Below, piece by piece: positions 17,262 through 26,896 of a stretch of 58,313 bases of DNA (positions within the stretch are counted from its first letter, which is position 1; the number at the start of each line of letters is the position of its first letter). This DNA is from Candidatus Binatia bacterium (lineage in GTDB: Bacteria > Desulfobacterota > Binatia > UBA9968): assembly GCA_041484845.1 (NCBI GenBank), contig JBGPIK010000002.1:1-58313 (forward strand). Direction: 5' to 3'. The translations under genes and the position numbers were made by a program. Under the pieces are notes generated by a model. That model saw only the letters and a list, made by a program, of their open reading frames with translations. It did not search any database and was not told the origin of the DNA.

Positions 17262-18764
17262 ATGTCAAGTAAAATGCTCCCAGCTTTTTTGTGTGCAATT
17301 TTGTTATCGGCGCCCTACCTCTTACCGGCCCTATTTCCCCTGGCCTGGTTCGCATTTACGCCATTATTCTGGATTGTGGTTCATGCGGACTCTTGGCGTC
17401 GCACCCTGCTTTGGGGCTGGTTAGCCGGATTCTTCACCCATCTGCTTGGTTTTTATTGGCTGGTTCACACGATTAGCGTCTTCGGCGAGTTCCCTTATTC
17501 GATCAGTGCCGTGGTGTTTTTGATTTACGCGGCATTACAGGGCTTGCAAATGGTGCTCTTCGCTCTGCTCGTGAGGCGATCAGGTTTGGGTCCGTTAAGC
17601 GTCTTGCCAGCCTTGTTTTGGGTCACGATCGAATTCTGGTTTCCGCTGCTCTTTCCCTGGTACCTGGCGAACAGCCAGGTCTCCATTATCCCTTTCATTC
17701 AAAGCGCTGATCTCGTCGGACCTTATGGTGCGAGTTTTCTCATCATGTGGTTCAATGCGGCAGCTTATGACGTGTTTATTTCTTGGAGATCAAACCGGCC
17801 GATGCGCTGGAACGTTTTGCTGCTGGTCGTGATGTGTGTCTTGGCTTCAAACGTGTACGGAATCCTGCGGCTACGCACAGTCACAACCGAAACGGCTAAA
17901 GCCGCAAAATTAACTGTCGCGGCAATTCAAGGAAATATCGACATCGATCTTAAATGGAACCCCGTGCAGGTTAAGCGCAACCTGCAAACCTATCAGAACC
18001 TCACGAGGCAAGCCGATGGCGCAGCGCTGGTGATCTGGCCGGAAACCGCCGTCGAACTATGGCTCGCTGAAAACTTGGCGCAAGTTCCGACGGACGTGAT
18101 GCCCGCGCTGAATGTTGGCCAATTTTTTATTTTTGGCGCGAGAAGCTTTCGCGGCCAGCTTTTCGGCCCCGACTTTAAAGCCTTCAACACGGCATTTCTC
18201 AGCGACGGACGCGGACGGATTCTAAGTCACTATCATAAACAAGTTCTGCTGGCTTTTGGCGAGTACTTGCCATTTTCCGGTATTCTTTCGAAATTGCCGG
18301 CGATGCCGTTTGCCGACGGCTTCACACCTGGCGACGGTCCCCACACGCTCGACCTGCCGGGACCCATCCATGTCGCGCCGCTAGTCTGTTACGAAGACTT
18401 GATGCCCGAATTATCGCGCGCGTTCGTGAAGACCGGCAATGCCAATTTTTTGGTCAATATCACCAACGATGCATGGTATGGGAGGACGGTCGCTCCGTGG
18501 CAACACGCGCGCCTGGCGCAGTGGCGCGCGATCGAAACCCGGCGCAACTTGGTCCGTGTCACGAATACCGGTGTGACATCCGTAATCGATGCAAAAGGAG
18601 AAATGATTCAGTCAGTGCCGCTTTTCACTTCGGCCGTTCTTAAAACGGAAGTAGCGCTGCTGGACGGTGAAACGCTTTATGTTCGCTTCGGCGATTGGTT
18701 TGCATGGAGTGCGACATTGATCTCGCTCGCCGTTTTTCTAATGGCCGGCAAAAAAACAAGTTAA
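17262..18764 (+). CDS. lnt: Apolipoprotein N-acyltransferase
   Basis: 500 aa with an N-terminal multi-TM region followed by a CN-hydrolase domain (VAAIQGNI..., VIWPETA, PLVCYEDLMPE, NITNDAWYG). Confidence 0.9.
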   Translation: MSSKMLPAFLCAILLSAPYLLPALFPLAWFAFTPLFWIVVHADSWRRTLLWGWLAGFFTHLLGFYWLVHTISVFGEFPYSISAVVFLIYAALQGLQMVLFALLVRRSGLGPLSVLPALFWVTIEFWFPLLFPWYLANSQVSIIPFIQSADLVGPYGASFLIMWFNAAAYDVFISWRSNRPMRWNVLLLVVMCVLASNVYGILRLRTVTTETAKAAKLTVAAIQGNIDIDLKWNPVQVKRNLQTYQNLTRQADGAALVIWPETAVELWLAENLAQVPTDVMPALNVGQFFIFGARSFRGQLFGPDFKAFNTAFLSDGRGRILSHYHKQVLLAFGEYLPFSGILSKLPAMPFADGFTPGDGPHTLDLPGPIHVAPLVCYEDLMPELSRAFVKTGNANFLVNITNDAWYGRTVAPWQHARLAQWRAIETRRNLVRVTNTGVTSVIDAKGEMIQSVPLFTSAVLKTEVALLDGETLYVRFGDWFAWSATLISLAVFLMAGKKTS

Positions 18765-18827
18765 AACCCGCGGCAATCGGTTGTGCCCCTCGTTCGGAAC
18801 GCCAGCGCGTCACCTTTAATCCCCGCC

Positions 18828-18850
18828 AATCCCCATTCGGGGGTTTTTTA
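18828..18850. terminator. Short hairpin plus T-run between the convergent lnt and methyltransferase genes
   Basis: CCCC (18831-18834), loop ATTC, GGGGG (18839-18843), then TTTTTT (18844-18849). The stem is short. Confidence 0.4.
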
Positions 18851-18911
18851 AACCACCCAACGGGGTTGTTTTAGCCCGCTCTACAAATCTGCAGATGGCC
18901 GTTATGGCCAG

Positions 18912-19586
18912 TCACTTGGGCATGAAAACTAGGAAATACTGGTAAGGGAGAAAGGTGTGTTCTTTTGCGAGTCGAAAACCATTTTGCTCCATTTGCTTGA
19001 TCAGATCCTCGCGTGCGATTCTCATTTCAAGCGGCGGGCCCACGGTAATTTCCTTCTTCTTGTGAAAATCGATCATAACGATTTCACCGCGGGGCTTGAG
19101 CATCCGTTTCATGAGCGAGAGATACTTCTTCTGGTTCTCGATGTGGTGCCAGGAGTCGCTGAAAAAGAATCGATTCACCGCGCGATCCGGAAGCAGCGGA
19201 TCGTCGGGATCGGCGAGGATAGAAATCACGTTATTCACCTTCAAGTCCCGCATCCGGCGATTGATGTATAGGATCATATCCGGACTGACATCCACCGCAT
19301 AGATTTTTCCTTTTTCACCGACAAAATGTGACAAACGAAATGTAAAATAACCCGATCCCGCGCCAATATCCGCGATCGTTTCTCCCGATTTTATGGCTAG
19401 AGCAGTTAAGACTTCGTGAGGTTTTTGATATGCGTCGCGCTGAGGATCTTCGAGCGCACCGATGTAGGCCTTCGGATCGCTGTGCAGCTGATGCATCTGA
19501 TGCTCGTCGCGTGGGATGGCTTCCTGGGCGGTGCCCGCGACCGGCACAACGAGCAGAACGATGACGAGAGGGACTGCAAACTTCAT
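18912..19586 (-). CDS. Class I SAM-dependent methyltransferase with an N-terminal signal or anchor sequence
   Basis: 224 aa with SD GGAGG. The N-terminus MKFAVPLVIVLLVVPVAGTAQE is hydrophobic. SAM motif I is IADIGAGSGYFT, followed by YAVDVS and LKPRGEIV. Confidence 0.8.
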   Translation of the reverse strand: MKFAVPLVIVLLVVPVAGTAQEAIPRDEHQMHQLHSDPKAYIGALEDPQRDAYQKPHEVLTALAIKSGETIADIGAGSGYFTFRLSHFVGEKGKIYAVDVSPDMILYINRRMRDLKVNNVISILADPDDPLLPDRAVNRFFFSDSWHHIENQKKYLSLMKRMLKPRGEIVMIDFHKKKEITVGPPLEMRIAREDLIKQMEQNGFRLAKEHTFLPYQYFLVFMPK

Positions 19587-19701
19587 AGCTCGCCTCCTGT
19601 GTTTTGCTATCGTGGCGGGAACGAACGGTCAAATCAAGCTTCTGCGCTCATACCGCCAAGAATTTGCCTGACTCCCCCTTTCCCTGCTAATAGTAGTTGC
19701 C

Positions 19702-21090
19702 ATGGCGCAAACCGAACTCAAACGACAATTAAACCTGTTCGATGCGGTCATGGTAATTTCCGGAGACATGATCGGCATCGGGATCTTCGTTACGACCGGA
19801 GTCATTGCAGAGACACTCCCTTCACCCGGTGGGGTTCTCCTGGTTTGGGTTCTCGGCGGGCTGCTGGCGCTCACGGGGGCGCTGAGTTGCGCCGAGCTTT
19901 CGGCCAGTTTGCCCTACGCGGGCGGTGATTACATTTATATTCGGGAAGCCTACGGAAAGCTCATGGGCTTTTTATCGGGTTGGTCCTCGTTTCTAGTGAC
20001 CTTCTCGGGCGCCATCGCGTTCCTCGCCGTCGGCTTTAATGGGTTCATGTCTTTTTTCTTTCCCGTATTGGGTTCGAACGAGGCCATTTTTTCACTCGCC
20101 GTCCCTTTCTTCCCAATCAACGTTACGGTCGGAACGGCTTTTTCAATTATCGTGGTCCTGCTGATTTCAGGGCTGCATTGTTTCGGAGTTCGGCTCGGGA
20201 CCGTGACGCAAAATATCCTGACGACGCTCAAGATCGGAGCCCTTTTGGGGATTATCGTCCTCGGAGTCTTTTTTGGCCAGGGCGACACGGCGCATTTCAC
20301 TCCGCTTTTTGACTGGGCGAAGATTAGCAATTTTAGCCTGTTTGCGGCGGCGTTCATACCGGCGATTTTCGCGTACTCGGGTTGGAATGCGATTATTTAT
20401 ATCGCCGGGGAGGTCAAAGATCCGGAGCGAAACTTGCCACGCGCTTTGTTGTGGGCGAATCTCATCGTGATCGCGCTCTATCTGGCTATCAATCTCGTTT
20501 ATATCTACGGCGTGCCCGTGACCCAGATGAAAGGGGCGCTGAGAGTTTCCGAAGTGGCGACCACGGCTCTGTTCGGCTATCAGACCTCGGTATGGATTAC
20601 CGCTATCATCACCGTTTCGATTCTTGGCGCGCTCAATGTGGTGACCATGATCGGTCCGCGGATTTACTATGCGATGGCTCGCGATGGCGTCTTCTTTCAG
20701 GGGCTCACGCGCGTTCATCCAACTTTTGCAACGCCCACGAACGCGATCATGCTCCAGGCGTTATGGGCGTGTGTGCTTATTCTAACGGGAAGTTTTGGAA
20801 CGCTCTTTACCTACGTCAGCGTCATCATCACGCTTTTTTCCGCGCTCACGGTCGGATCCGTCATCGTCCTCCGCTTTAAACGGCCGGAGTTGAAGCGGCC
20901 TTACAAACTCTGGGGCTATCCGGTCGTGCCGGTCCTTTTTATCCTGGCCCATCTGTGGATTGTGTGGGGTTCGTTGATGGAAAAGCCCCGGGATTCCTTA
21001 TGGGGCGTGATCATCGTCAGCCTCGGCATTCCGGCGTACTTGATTTGGCAAACTCGGCTCAAAAGAACTAAACGTGGCGTAAGCGCTTAA
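19702..21090 (+). CDS. APC-superfamily amino-acid/polyamine permease
   Basis: 462 aa with about 12 hydrophobic segments and the N-terminal signature LNLFDAVMVISGDMIGIGIFVTTG. Confidence 0.85.
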   Translation: MAQTELKRQLNLFDAVMVISGDMIGIGIFVTTGVIAETLPSPGGVLLVWVLGGLLALTGALSCAELSASLPYAGGDYIYIREAYGKLMGFLSGWSSFLVTFSGAIAFLAVGFNGFMSFFFPVLGSNEAIFSLAVPFFPINVTVGTAFSIIVVLLISGLHCFGVRLGTVTQNILTTLKIGALLGIIVLGVFFGQGDTAHFTPLFDWAKISNFSLFAAAFIPAIFAYSGWNAIIYIAGEVKDPERNLPRALLWANLIVIALYLAINLVYIYGVPVTQMKGALRVSEVATTALFGYQTSVWITAIITVSILGALNVVTMIGPRIYYAMARDGVFFQGLTRVHPTFATPTNAIMLQALWACVLILTGSFGTLFTYVSVIITLFSALTVGSVIVLRFKRPELKRPYKLWGYPVVPVLFILAHLWIVWGSLMEKPRDSLWGVIIVSLGIPAYLIWQTRLKRTKRGVSA

Positions 21091-21109
21091 CGGCGTCGGT
21101 GTTCGGCAG

Positions 21110-21727
21110 ATGGCTATTCGAATCACAAGGGTTTATACGCGCACAGGCGACGCGGGTGAAACCGGACTGGTCGGCGGTAAACGTGTGGCCAAAGATTCTC
21201 AACGGATCGAAGCCTACGGGACCATTGACGAGCTAAACTCGATTGTCGGACTGGCGCGGGTGTTTAATGAGGAGAAGCTGGATGAGCATGACGCCCACCG
21301 CTTCCTGGATGTCGTGTTGCGCCGTATTCAGGATGAGTTGTTTGATTTGGGCAGCGAACTGGCGACGCCTGCGGATTTTTACAAGCCAGGGATGTACCGT
21401 ATAAGCGGGCGGCAAATCAAGAAGATCGAGCAGCTCATTGATGAATGTCAGAAGAGCCTTGAGCCGCTCAAATCTTTCGTACTGCCCGGCGGCGGTAAAA
21501 TCGGTGCCTATTTGCATCAGTGCCGGACCGTTTGCCGACGCGCGGAGCGGGAAATACTGCGCCTGTCGCGCATGGAAGAAATGAGCGAATGGCCGCTCAA
21601 GTATGTCAATCGATTGAGCGACTTGTTCTTTGTTTTATCTCGCTGGATCAGCAAGCAGGCTGGTGAAGAGGAATATCTTTGGCAACGGGCGCTCGAGGTA
21701 AAACCAAAAACAAAAGACAACAAGTAG
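21110..21727 (+). CDS. ATP:cob(I)alamin adenosyltransferase, PduO type
   Basis: 205 aa. The N-terminus ITRVYTRTGDAGETGLVGGKRVAKDSQRIEAYGTIDELNS and the later FVLPGG motif match the PduO/MMAB family. Confidence 0.85.
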   Translation: MAIRITRVYTRTGDAGETGLVGGKRVAKDSQRIEAYGTIDELNSIVGLARVFNEEKLDEHDAHRFLDVVLRRIQDELFDLGSELATPADFYKPGMYRISGRQIKKIEQLIDECQKSLEPLKSFVLPGGGKIGAYLHQCRTVCRRAEREILRLSRMEEMSEWPLKYVNRLSDLFFVLSRWISKQAGEEEYLWQRALEVKPKTKDNK

Positions 21728-21787
21728 TTTTTTCTCGAGGCGCTATTGGGCGAGAAGCCAAAACCGAATGGGTAGGGGAGGAACGCC

Positions 21788-22558
21788 ATGAAATTGCTGG
21801 AAGGAAAAAAGGCTGCGATCTTTGGTGTCGCCAACGATCGCAGCATCGCGTGGGCGATTGCTGAAGCCTTCCACGCGCAGGGCGCCGAACTGGCCTTCAC
21901 GTTTGCAGGCGAAATTTTAGAGAAACGCGTGCGCCCGCTGGCGGAAGGGATCGGCTCCAAAATCATTCTTCCTTGCGATGTTACCAAAGACGAGGAAATT
22001 GAGAAAGTGTTTTTCACCTTGAAGCGGGAGTGGGGCGGAGTTGACATTCTTATTCATGCGATCGCATTCGCGAATAAGGAGGATCTCGCGAATCCCTATG
22101 TGCAAACGAACCGCCAGGGGTTTCACCTGGCACTCGACGTAAGCGCGTACTCGCTGGTAGCTCTGGCGCGTCACGCGGCCCCGCTCATGGAAGGACGCAA
22201 GGGCTCCATCCTGACATTGACCTATATGGGTTCGGAAAGAGTGATCCCCAACTATAACGTGATGGGCGTTGCCAAAGCCGCGCTGGAAGCGAGCGTGCGC
22301 TACCTTGCCCACGACCTGGGACCCAAGGACATTCGCGTCAACGCGATCTCGGCGGGTCCGCTTCGCACACTCGCGGCAGCCGGCATTTCAGACTTTAGAA
22401 CCATGCTGCACCATGTCGCTGACCGGGCCCCGCTCAAACGCAATATCGACGCTGAGGAAGTGGGGAAAACCGCGCTCTATCTGTGCAGCGATTGGGGGAG
22501 CGCCGTAACCGGTGAGGTGCTGCATGTGGATGCCGGTTACAATATAATGGGGATGTAG
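21788..22558 (+). CDS. fabI: Enoyl-[acyl-carrier-protein] reductase (NADH)
   Basis: 256 aa with SD GGGGAGG. GVANDRSIAWAIA and the catalytic context PNYNVMGVAKAALEASVRYLA (Y-x6-K) are typical of FabI. Confidence 0.9.
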   Translation: MKLLEGKKAAIFGVANDRSIAWAIAEAFHAQGAELAFTFAGEILEKRVRPLAEGIGSKIILPCDVTKDEEIEKVFFTLKREWGGVDILIHAIAFANKEDLANPYVQTNRQGFHLALDVSAYSLVALARHAAPLMEGRKGSILTLTYMGSERVIPNYNVMGVAKAALEASVRYLAHDLGPKDIRVNAISAGPLRTLAAAGISDFRTMLHHVADRAPLKRNIDAEEVGKTALYLCSDWGSAVTGEVLHVDAGYNIMGM

Positions 22559-22583
22559 GCTGTTAGTAATCTAAGATTGCAGT

Positions 22584-22643
22584 GTTGGAGTAGTGGAGTA
22601 CTGGACTGATTGACCCAATACTCCATCGCCTCAGTACTCCATT
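22584..22643. repeat. GGAGTA-type octamer tract with inverted complement (copy 1)
   Basis: TTGGAGTAGTGGAGTACTGGAC is followed by CCAATACTCCATCGCCTCAGTACTCCAT. GGAGTACTGG pairs with CCAATACTCC at 9 of 10 positions. It sits just 3' of fabI and belongs to the same family as 57411-57514. Confidence 0.7.
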
Positions 22644-22674
22644 TCGTGAACCTTGATTGCTAACGGAGTTTTCA

Positions 22675-23115
22675 ATGGCAGTAAAAGAGATCACACCACG
22701 CCAGGCGCATGATTTATTGGCGGCGAATACCGACGCTGTTTACATCGATGTTCGCACGGAACGAGAGTTTACTGCCGGCCATCCGCAGGGCGCGGTGAAT
22801 ATTCCGGTTGCTCTGCCCGATCCGGCGCGCGGCATGGTCATGAATCTCGACTTTGTCGGCGTGGTGGAAAAGAATTTTTCCAAAGAGAAAAAAATCATCG
22901 TTGGGTGTCAAGCGGGTCCTCGATCCAATGCGGCCGCCGGACTTCTCCAGCAGGCAGGCTACCGCGACGTTTCGAACTTGATCGGTGGATTTGGCGGGAT
23001 GCGTGATCCTGCCGGCAACGTGATCGCGCCGGGGTGGTTGAGCTTGGGACTGCCCGTGAGCGAGGACAACGGTGAAGGCGTGAGCTACCGATCTCTAGCC
23101 ACGACTAAAACTTGA
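22675..23115 (+). CDS. Single-domain rhodanese-like sulfurtransferase
   Basis: I trimmed the track ORF (TTG 22657) to ATG 22675 (MAVKEITP...). The active-site loop is GCQAGPRS, and YIDVRTEREF is a typical rhodanese motif. Confidence 0.75.
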   Translation: MAVKEITPRQAHDLLAANTDAVYIDVRTEREFTAGHPQGAVNIPVALPDPARGMVMNLDFVGVVEKNFSKEKKIIVGCQAGPRSNAAAGLLQQAGYRDVSNLIGGFGGMRDPAGNVIAPGWLSLGLPVSEDNGEGVSYRSLATTKT

Positions 23116-23139
23116 TAATCCGGAATTGAGCCAATTTCT

Positions 23140-23823
23140 ATGGAAGAGAAGAACGACCGCCTCTACTTCAAACAAATCGAAATCGGGCCGATGCAAAATT
23201 ATGTCTATCTTATCGGCTCGACGGAGACGCGCAAAGTCGCTGTCGTTGATGCCGCTTGGGAAATAGACACGATCCTGAAACTCGCCGCTCAGGATGACAT
23301 GGAGATCACCCATGCCTTTGTCACTCACACGCACCCGGATCACGTGGGCGGTAGCTTTGCTGGCATCGAAATTCAAGGGGTGACGGAGCTTCTCGGTAAA
23401 TGCAAAGCCAAAGTCGTCGTGCACAAGGCGGAAGCGGAGTTTCTTAAGAACCTTTCGCCGTCGGACATAATTAAAGCGGAGAGCGGCGATAGAATCGATG
23501 TCGGCGGACTCCAAATTCAATTGCTTCATACGCCCGGCCATACGCCGGGGTCGCAATGTTTTCTGGTCGACAATCGTATTGTTTCGGGCGATACGCTCTT
23601 TATTGGTTCGTGCGGGCGCGTCGATCTGCCCGGTAGCGATCCCGAACAGATGTATTACAGTTTGACGCAAAAACTCATGGCCCTGCCCGATGAAACAATC
23701 CTGTTTCCCGGTCATAATTACTCCGACCGCCCCACCTCAACCCTGGGGGCCGAGAAACAAAGCAATCCGTACTTGAAGTTCCATTCGTTAAAACAGTTCC
23801 TCGGCACAATGGGCTATCGCTGA
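23140..23823 (+). CDS. MBL-fold metallohydrolase (glyoxalase II / persulfide-dioxygenase-like)
   Basis: 227 aa with THTHPDHVGG (THxHxDH), LLHTPGHTPGS and GDTLFIGSCGRVDLPG. The adjacent rhodanese favours, but does not prove, a persulfide-dioxygenase role. Confidence 0.75.
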   Translation: MEEKNDRLYFKQIEIGPMQNYVYLIGSTETRKVAVVDAAWEIDTILKLAAQDDMEITHAFVTHTHPDHVGGSFAGIEIQGVTELLGKCKAKVVVHKAEAEFLKNLSPSDIIKAESGDRIDVGGLQIQLLHTPGHTPGSQCFLVDNRIVSGDTLFIGSCGRVDLPGSDPEQMYYSLTQKLMALPDETILFPGHNYSDRPTSTLGAEKQSNPYLKFHSLKQFLGTMGYR

Positions 23824-23847
23824 TCCACGGGTCGCCGCTGAAATAAC

Positions 23848-23880
23848 AAAAGCCCGCGAGACCCATTCCCGCGGGCTTTT
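23848..23880. terminator. Bidirectional rho-independent terminator
   Basis: AAAAGCCCGCG (23848-23858) and CGCGGGCTTTT (23870-23880) form a perfect 11-bp stem with an 11-nt loop. A/T runs lie on both sides, and the site sits between convergent genes. Confidence 0.7.
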
Positions 23881-23911
23881 GCGTGTTGGCGTAGCGTTTT
23901 TGCCAATTTAG

Positions 23912-24973
23912 TCAGGGGGCCTTGCCGACGTACTTATTGGTCCAAAGCACACCCTCTTTATTGGAAGGGGCTTGGGACAGATCCTTGACAATGCCCGCTC
24001 CGGTTGAAAAATTTATAACCTTTTGCCATCCCGCGGCGCTCATGGTTCCCCAGGGGGGCATCGCATTGGCTACTGTGGAATATGAAAGCTCAAAAACGTC
24101 GTCCGCAAGTTTGTCTTTGGTATAGAGCCGGTGGTTTCGCAGCGCGGTCTTAGCAGCTTCCGGATTCGAACGGAAGAGGGCGCCGCCGCGCGATATCGCC
24201 CGCGCCACCGCGATGGCGATCTTCGGGTTCGCCTCGACGTAGTCCGGGCGCACCATCAGGACCTCGTAGGGGTAATCGGTTAATTCCGGCACTTCCCCCT
24301 TCCCCAGCGGGATCAAGACGTAACCCTTGCCGCTGGGCTCTGTGACCTCGGCCGACGGGGGAGATAGGGCATAGGCGTCGATGACGTTGTTCATCAGCGA
24401 GGCGGGAAGCTCGGGCGCTCCAATATAAACGAACTTGAGTATAGTCCCAATTCCGCCAGCTTTTTTCACTAGGAATTTAAAGATCTGCTCAGAGGCTGCC
24501 CCCGGTCCGGTCGCGCCAATGGTGCCCAACTGGGTCAGCGCTCTGATTCGCGCGGCGATGGGGCTTTCACGGGTGAGTCCAAGTTTGTCCACAATCGCTT
24601 TGCGCAGCACCACGCTCAATGTCATCGCGCGGTTGTGCGCCTGGATCGCGATCGCCGGCGCTCCCTCGACCCGCGCCAGAACAAGTCCCTCTGACGTAGA
24701 AGCGCAGAAATTGATCGAGCGACCGACCACCGCGTTCAAGCAGACCGAGCCGCTCGGCGACGGCGTGATCTTGACGCGCACGCCTTCCGCCTCAAAATAC
24801 TTAAGCTGCTCCGCTACCCATATGGCTCCAAAGGCGAAGTTGGGCACAGCCGTCAACAGGGTCGCTTCGGGCAGCTCCTTTTGTTGGGCATCCAGTTGTG
24901 GCGTAGCTCCGAGGAAAAGCATCAAGAGCGCCAACGCCAGGGTGTTGATAACGAGTCTGGTTCGCGTTTCCAT
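23912..24973 (-). CDS. NMT1/TauA-type ABC transporter substrate-binding protein
   Basis: 353 aa with a signal peptide and SD AAGGAG. It heads the permease and ATPase genes in the same orientation, and its overall pattern matches the nitrate/sulfonate/bicarbonate SBP family. Confidence 0.75.
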   Translation of the reverse strand: METRTRLVINTLALALLMLFLGATPQLDAQQKELPEATLLTAVPNFAFGAIWVAEQLKYFEAEGVRVKITPSPSGSVCLNAVVGRSINFCASTSEGLVLARVEGAPAIAIQAHNRAMTLSVVLRKAIVDKLGLTRESPIAARIRALTQLGTIGATGPGAASEQIFKFLVKKAGGIGTILKFVYIGAPELPASLMNNVIDAYALSPPSAEVTEPSGKGYVLIPLGKGEVPELTDYPYEVLMVRPDYVEANPKIAIAVARAISRGGALFRSNPEAAKTALRNHRLYTKDKLADDVFELSYSTVANAMPPWGTMSAAGWQKVINFSTGAGIVKDLSQAPSNKEGVLWTNKYVGKAP

Positions 24974-24991
24974 CGCAGAATCTCCTTTCTT

Positions 24992-25852
24992 CTAGCCCTG
25001 AATTTGCACGTGTTCTGTTTGAGTCTGCCAGCGTAAGGCTTTCTTCTCGATCACCTCGGCTATTTTGTCCATGATAATGACCATGATCATCAGAACGATG
25101 ATGCCGACGAAGACGTCGGCCGTCTTGAAAATTCCCGCTGACATTCGAATGAAAAAGCCAACGCCTTCGGTGGACGCAACGAATTCACCTACGATGGCGC
25201 CAATGACAGCGAAGGGGATGCTCGTCCGAATTCCGGTAAAGAGGTATGGAGAAATTGCCGGGAAGATCACTTTAAAAGTCAACTTCCATCCCTTGACGCG
25301 CATGAGCCGCGCCAAGTCGATGTACTCCTGGTCCATCTGCCTCATGCCCGTGTAGGTAATAAAAAAGTTCAGAAAAAACGTAAGCAGAAACACGACGCCT
25401 ACTTTAGACCAAAGCCCTATGCCAAGCCAGACGATGAAAAGCGGCGCTACAGCAGTGCGTGGAACTCCATTGAGAGCGATGATGATGGGCTCGAAAATCT
25501 CAGCGAGCAACCGGCTGCGCCCGAACGCGTAACCCAAGGCAATGCCCGAAAGCGCGCCGATGGGAAATCCGATGGCAATCTCTTGGAAGGTGACCCAGGT
25601 GTGTTGGATCAAGTCGCCTTCGCGAAAGCCGGTGATCAGCGACGAAAGAATTCGGCTTGGGCTGCTGATTAAAAAAGGTTCTAGCCATCGTCCCGAAGCG
25701 ATTTCCCAGAGAAGCAAGAAGCCACCGATGATAGCGACACGCACGGCGGTGATCGCCATACCGCGCAAGGAAAGCGCGTTAACGGTTGGGGCAGTCGCCG
25801 GGCCGATGGAAGGTAACGCGCGAGGTTTTTTTTGGCTTACATCGTTGAACAT
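24992..25852 (-). CDS. ABC transporter permease (TauC/SsuC-type)
   Basis: 286 aa with about 6 TM segments. Its neighbours are a TauB/SsuB-like ATPase and an NMT1-type SBP. Confidence 0.85.
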   Translation of the reverse strand: MFNDVSQKKPRALPSIGPATAPTVNALSLRGMAITAVRVAIIGGFLLLWEIASGRWLEPFLISSPSRILSSLITGFREGDLIQHTWVTFQEIAIGFPIGALSGIALGYAFGRSRLLAEIFEPIIIALNGVPRTAVAPLFIVWLGIGLWSKVGVVFLLTFFLNFFITYTGMRQMDQEYIDLARLMRVKGWKLTFKVIFPAISPYLFTGIRTSIPFAVIGAIVGEFVASTEGVGFFIRMSAGIFKTADVFVGIIVLMIMVIIMDKIAEVIEKKALRWQTQTEHVQIQG

Positions 25853-25864
25853 TGAAGTCGACCC

Positions 25865-26722
25865 CTAATGTGTCCCAATATTCAGCTCGTGGCGGAAGAT
25901 ATTCCACAGGCGGCCATAGGCGTCGTCAAATCCTTCTTGCCGGTGAATTTCAAAGATGTTGCGCGGCCGGGCCATGGTGACGTTGATAACGTCTTTGATC
26001 TTGCCGGGACGGTGGGTCATGACGACGACCCGGTCAGCTAACGCTACCGCTTCCACCAAATCGTGGGTGACAAAGACAATCGTCTGGCGCTTCTGCCCCC
26101 AGATTTTCAACAGCTCATCCTGAAGCACCATGCGGGTTTGGGCATCCAGCGGACCGAATGGCTCATCCATGAGGATCACAGGAGGTTCATAAGCCAGAGC
26201 GCGCACGATCGAAGCCCGCTTGCTCATTCCGCCGGACAGCTGAGCCGGATAATACTTCTCGAATCCCTCCAAGCCCGCGAGGTTGATATACTGGCGGACT
26301 TGGCGCTCGCGATCTTTGCGCGGGTATCGTTTCGAATCGAGGCCGAAGCCGACGTTTTCTTCTACCGTTAGCCAGGGAAAGAGTTTACTTTCCTGGGGGA
26401 CATAACCTACCTTGGTGTTGAGTCCTCGCACTTCTTCTCCCTGGAAAAGAATCCGGCCCAATGACGGCGACGAAAACCCCGCCACAAGTTTGAGCAGGGT
26501 GGACTTGCCGCAACCACTAGGTCCTACAACCGTAACAAATTCTCCGTAGCCGATGCTCAAGCTGATTTCCTGAAGCGCGCTGATCGTCTCTTCATCAGGA
26601 GTTCGAAACAACTTCGACACATTGTCAACCTGAATGACTAATGAATCCTTAGATCGATTTTCCGGGGGAGTTTGAACGAGCATATCGGTCATTGTTGAAG
26701 TCCAGTCGGGAACCCAACCCAA
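25865..26722 (-). CDS. ABC transporter ATP-binding protein (TauB/SsuB-type)
   Basis: Walker A GPSGCGKST, signature LSGGMSKR and Walker B VILMDEPF are present. The TTG start at 26722 has AGGAG 8 nt upstream; ATG 26692 is an alternative. Confidence 0.9.
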   Translation of the reverse strand: MGWVPDWTSTMTDMLVQTPPENRSKDSLVIQVDNVSKLFRTPDEETISALQEISLSIGYGEFVTVVGPSGCGKSTLLKLVAGFSSPSLGRILFQGEEVRGLNTKVGYVPQESKLFPWLTVEENVGFGLDSKRYPRKDRERQVRQYINLAGLEGFEKYYPAQLSGGMSKRASIVRALAYEPPVILMDEPFGPLDAQTRMVLQDELLKIWGQKRQTIVFVTHDLVEAVALADRVVVMTHRPGKIKDVINVTMARPRNIFEIHRQEGFDDAYGRLWNIFRHELNIGTH

Positions 26723-26896
26723 GGGATCGGCTCCTTCGGTTACGTTGATTCGCCGAAAGTGCGCTACTCTATATCATAACTCTTCAAACTTTTCCTATGA
26801 CACGAAAAAATTTATAAGTGGTGACGGGCTTGCTTGCGCGCCTGTCAATCGGCTAATTTACAGGCTCTTAATGACTTATTCACTTGGGAGGATGCG

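Noticed and set aside
22584-22643. Possible CRISPR-like or tandem-repeat array (GGAGTA units, also at 57411-57514)
   Set aside because: The units are only 8 nt with no spacers, and they are followed by their own inverted complement. No cas genes are present. I interpret them as a REP-like hairpin, not CRISPR.
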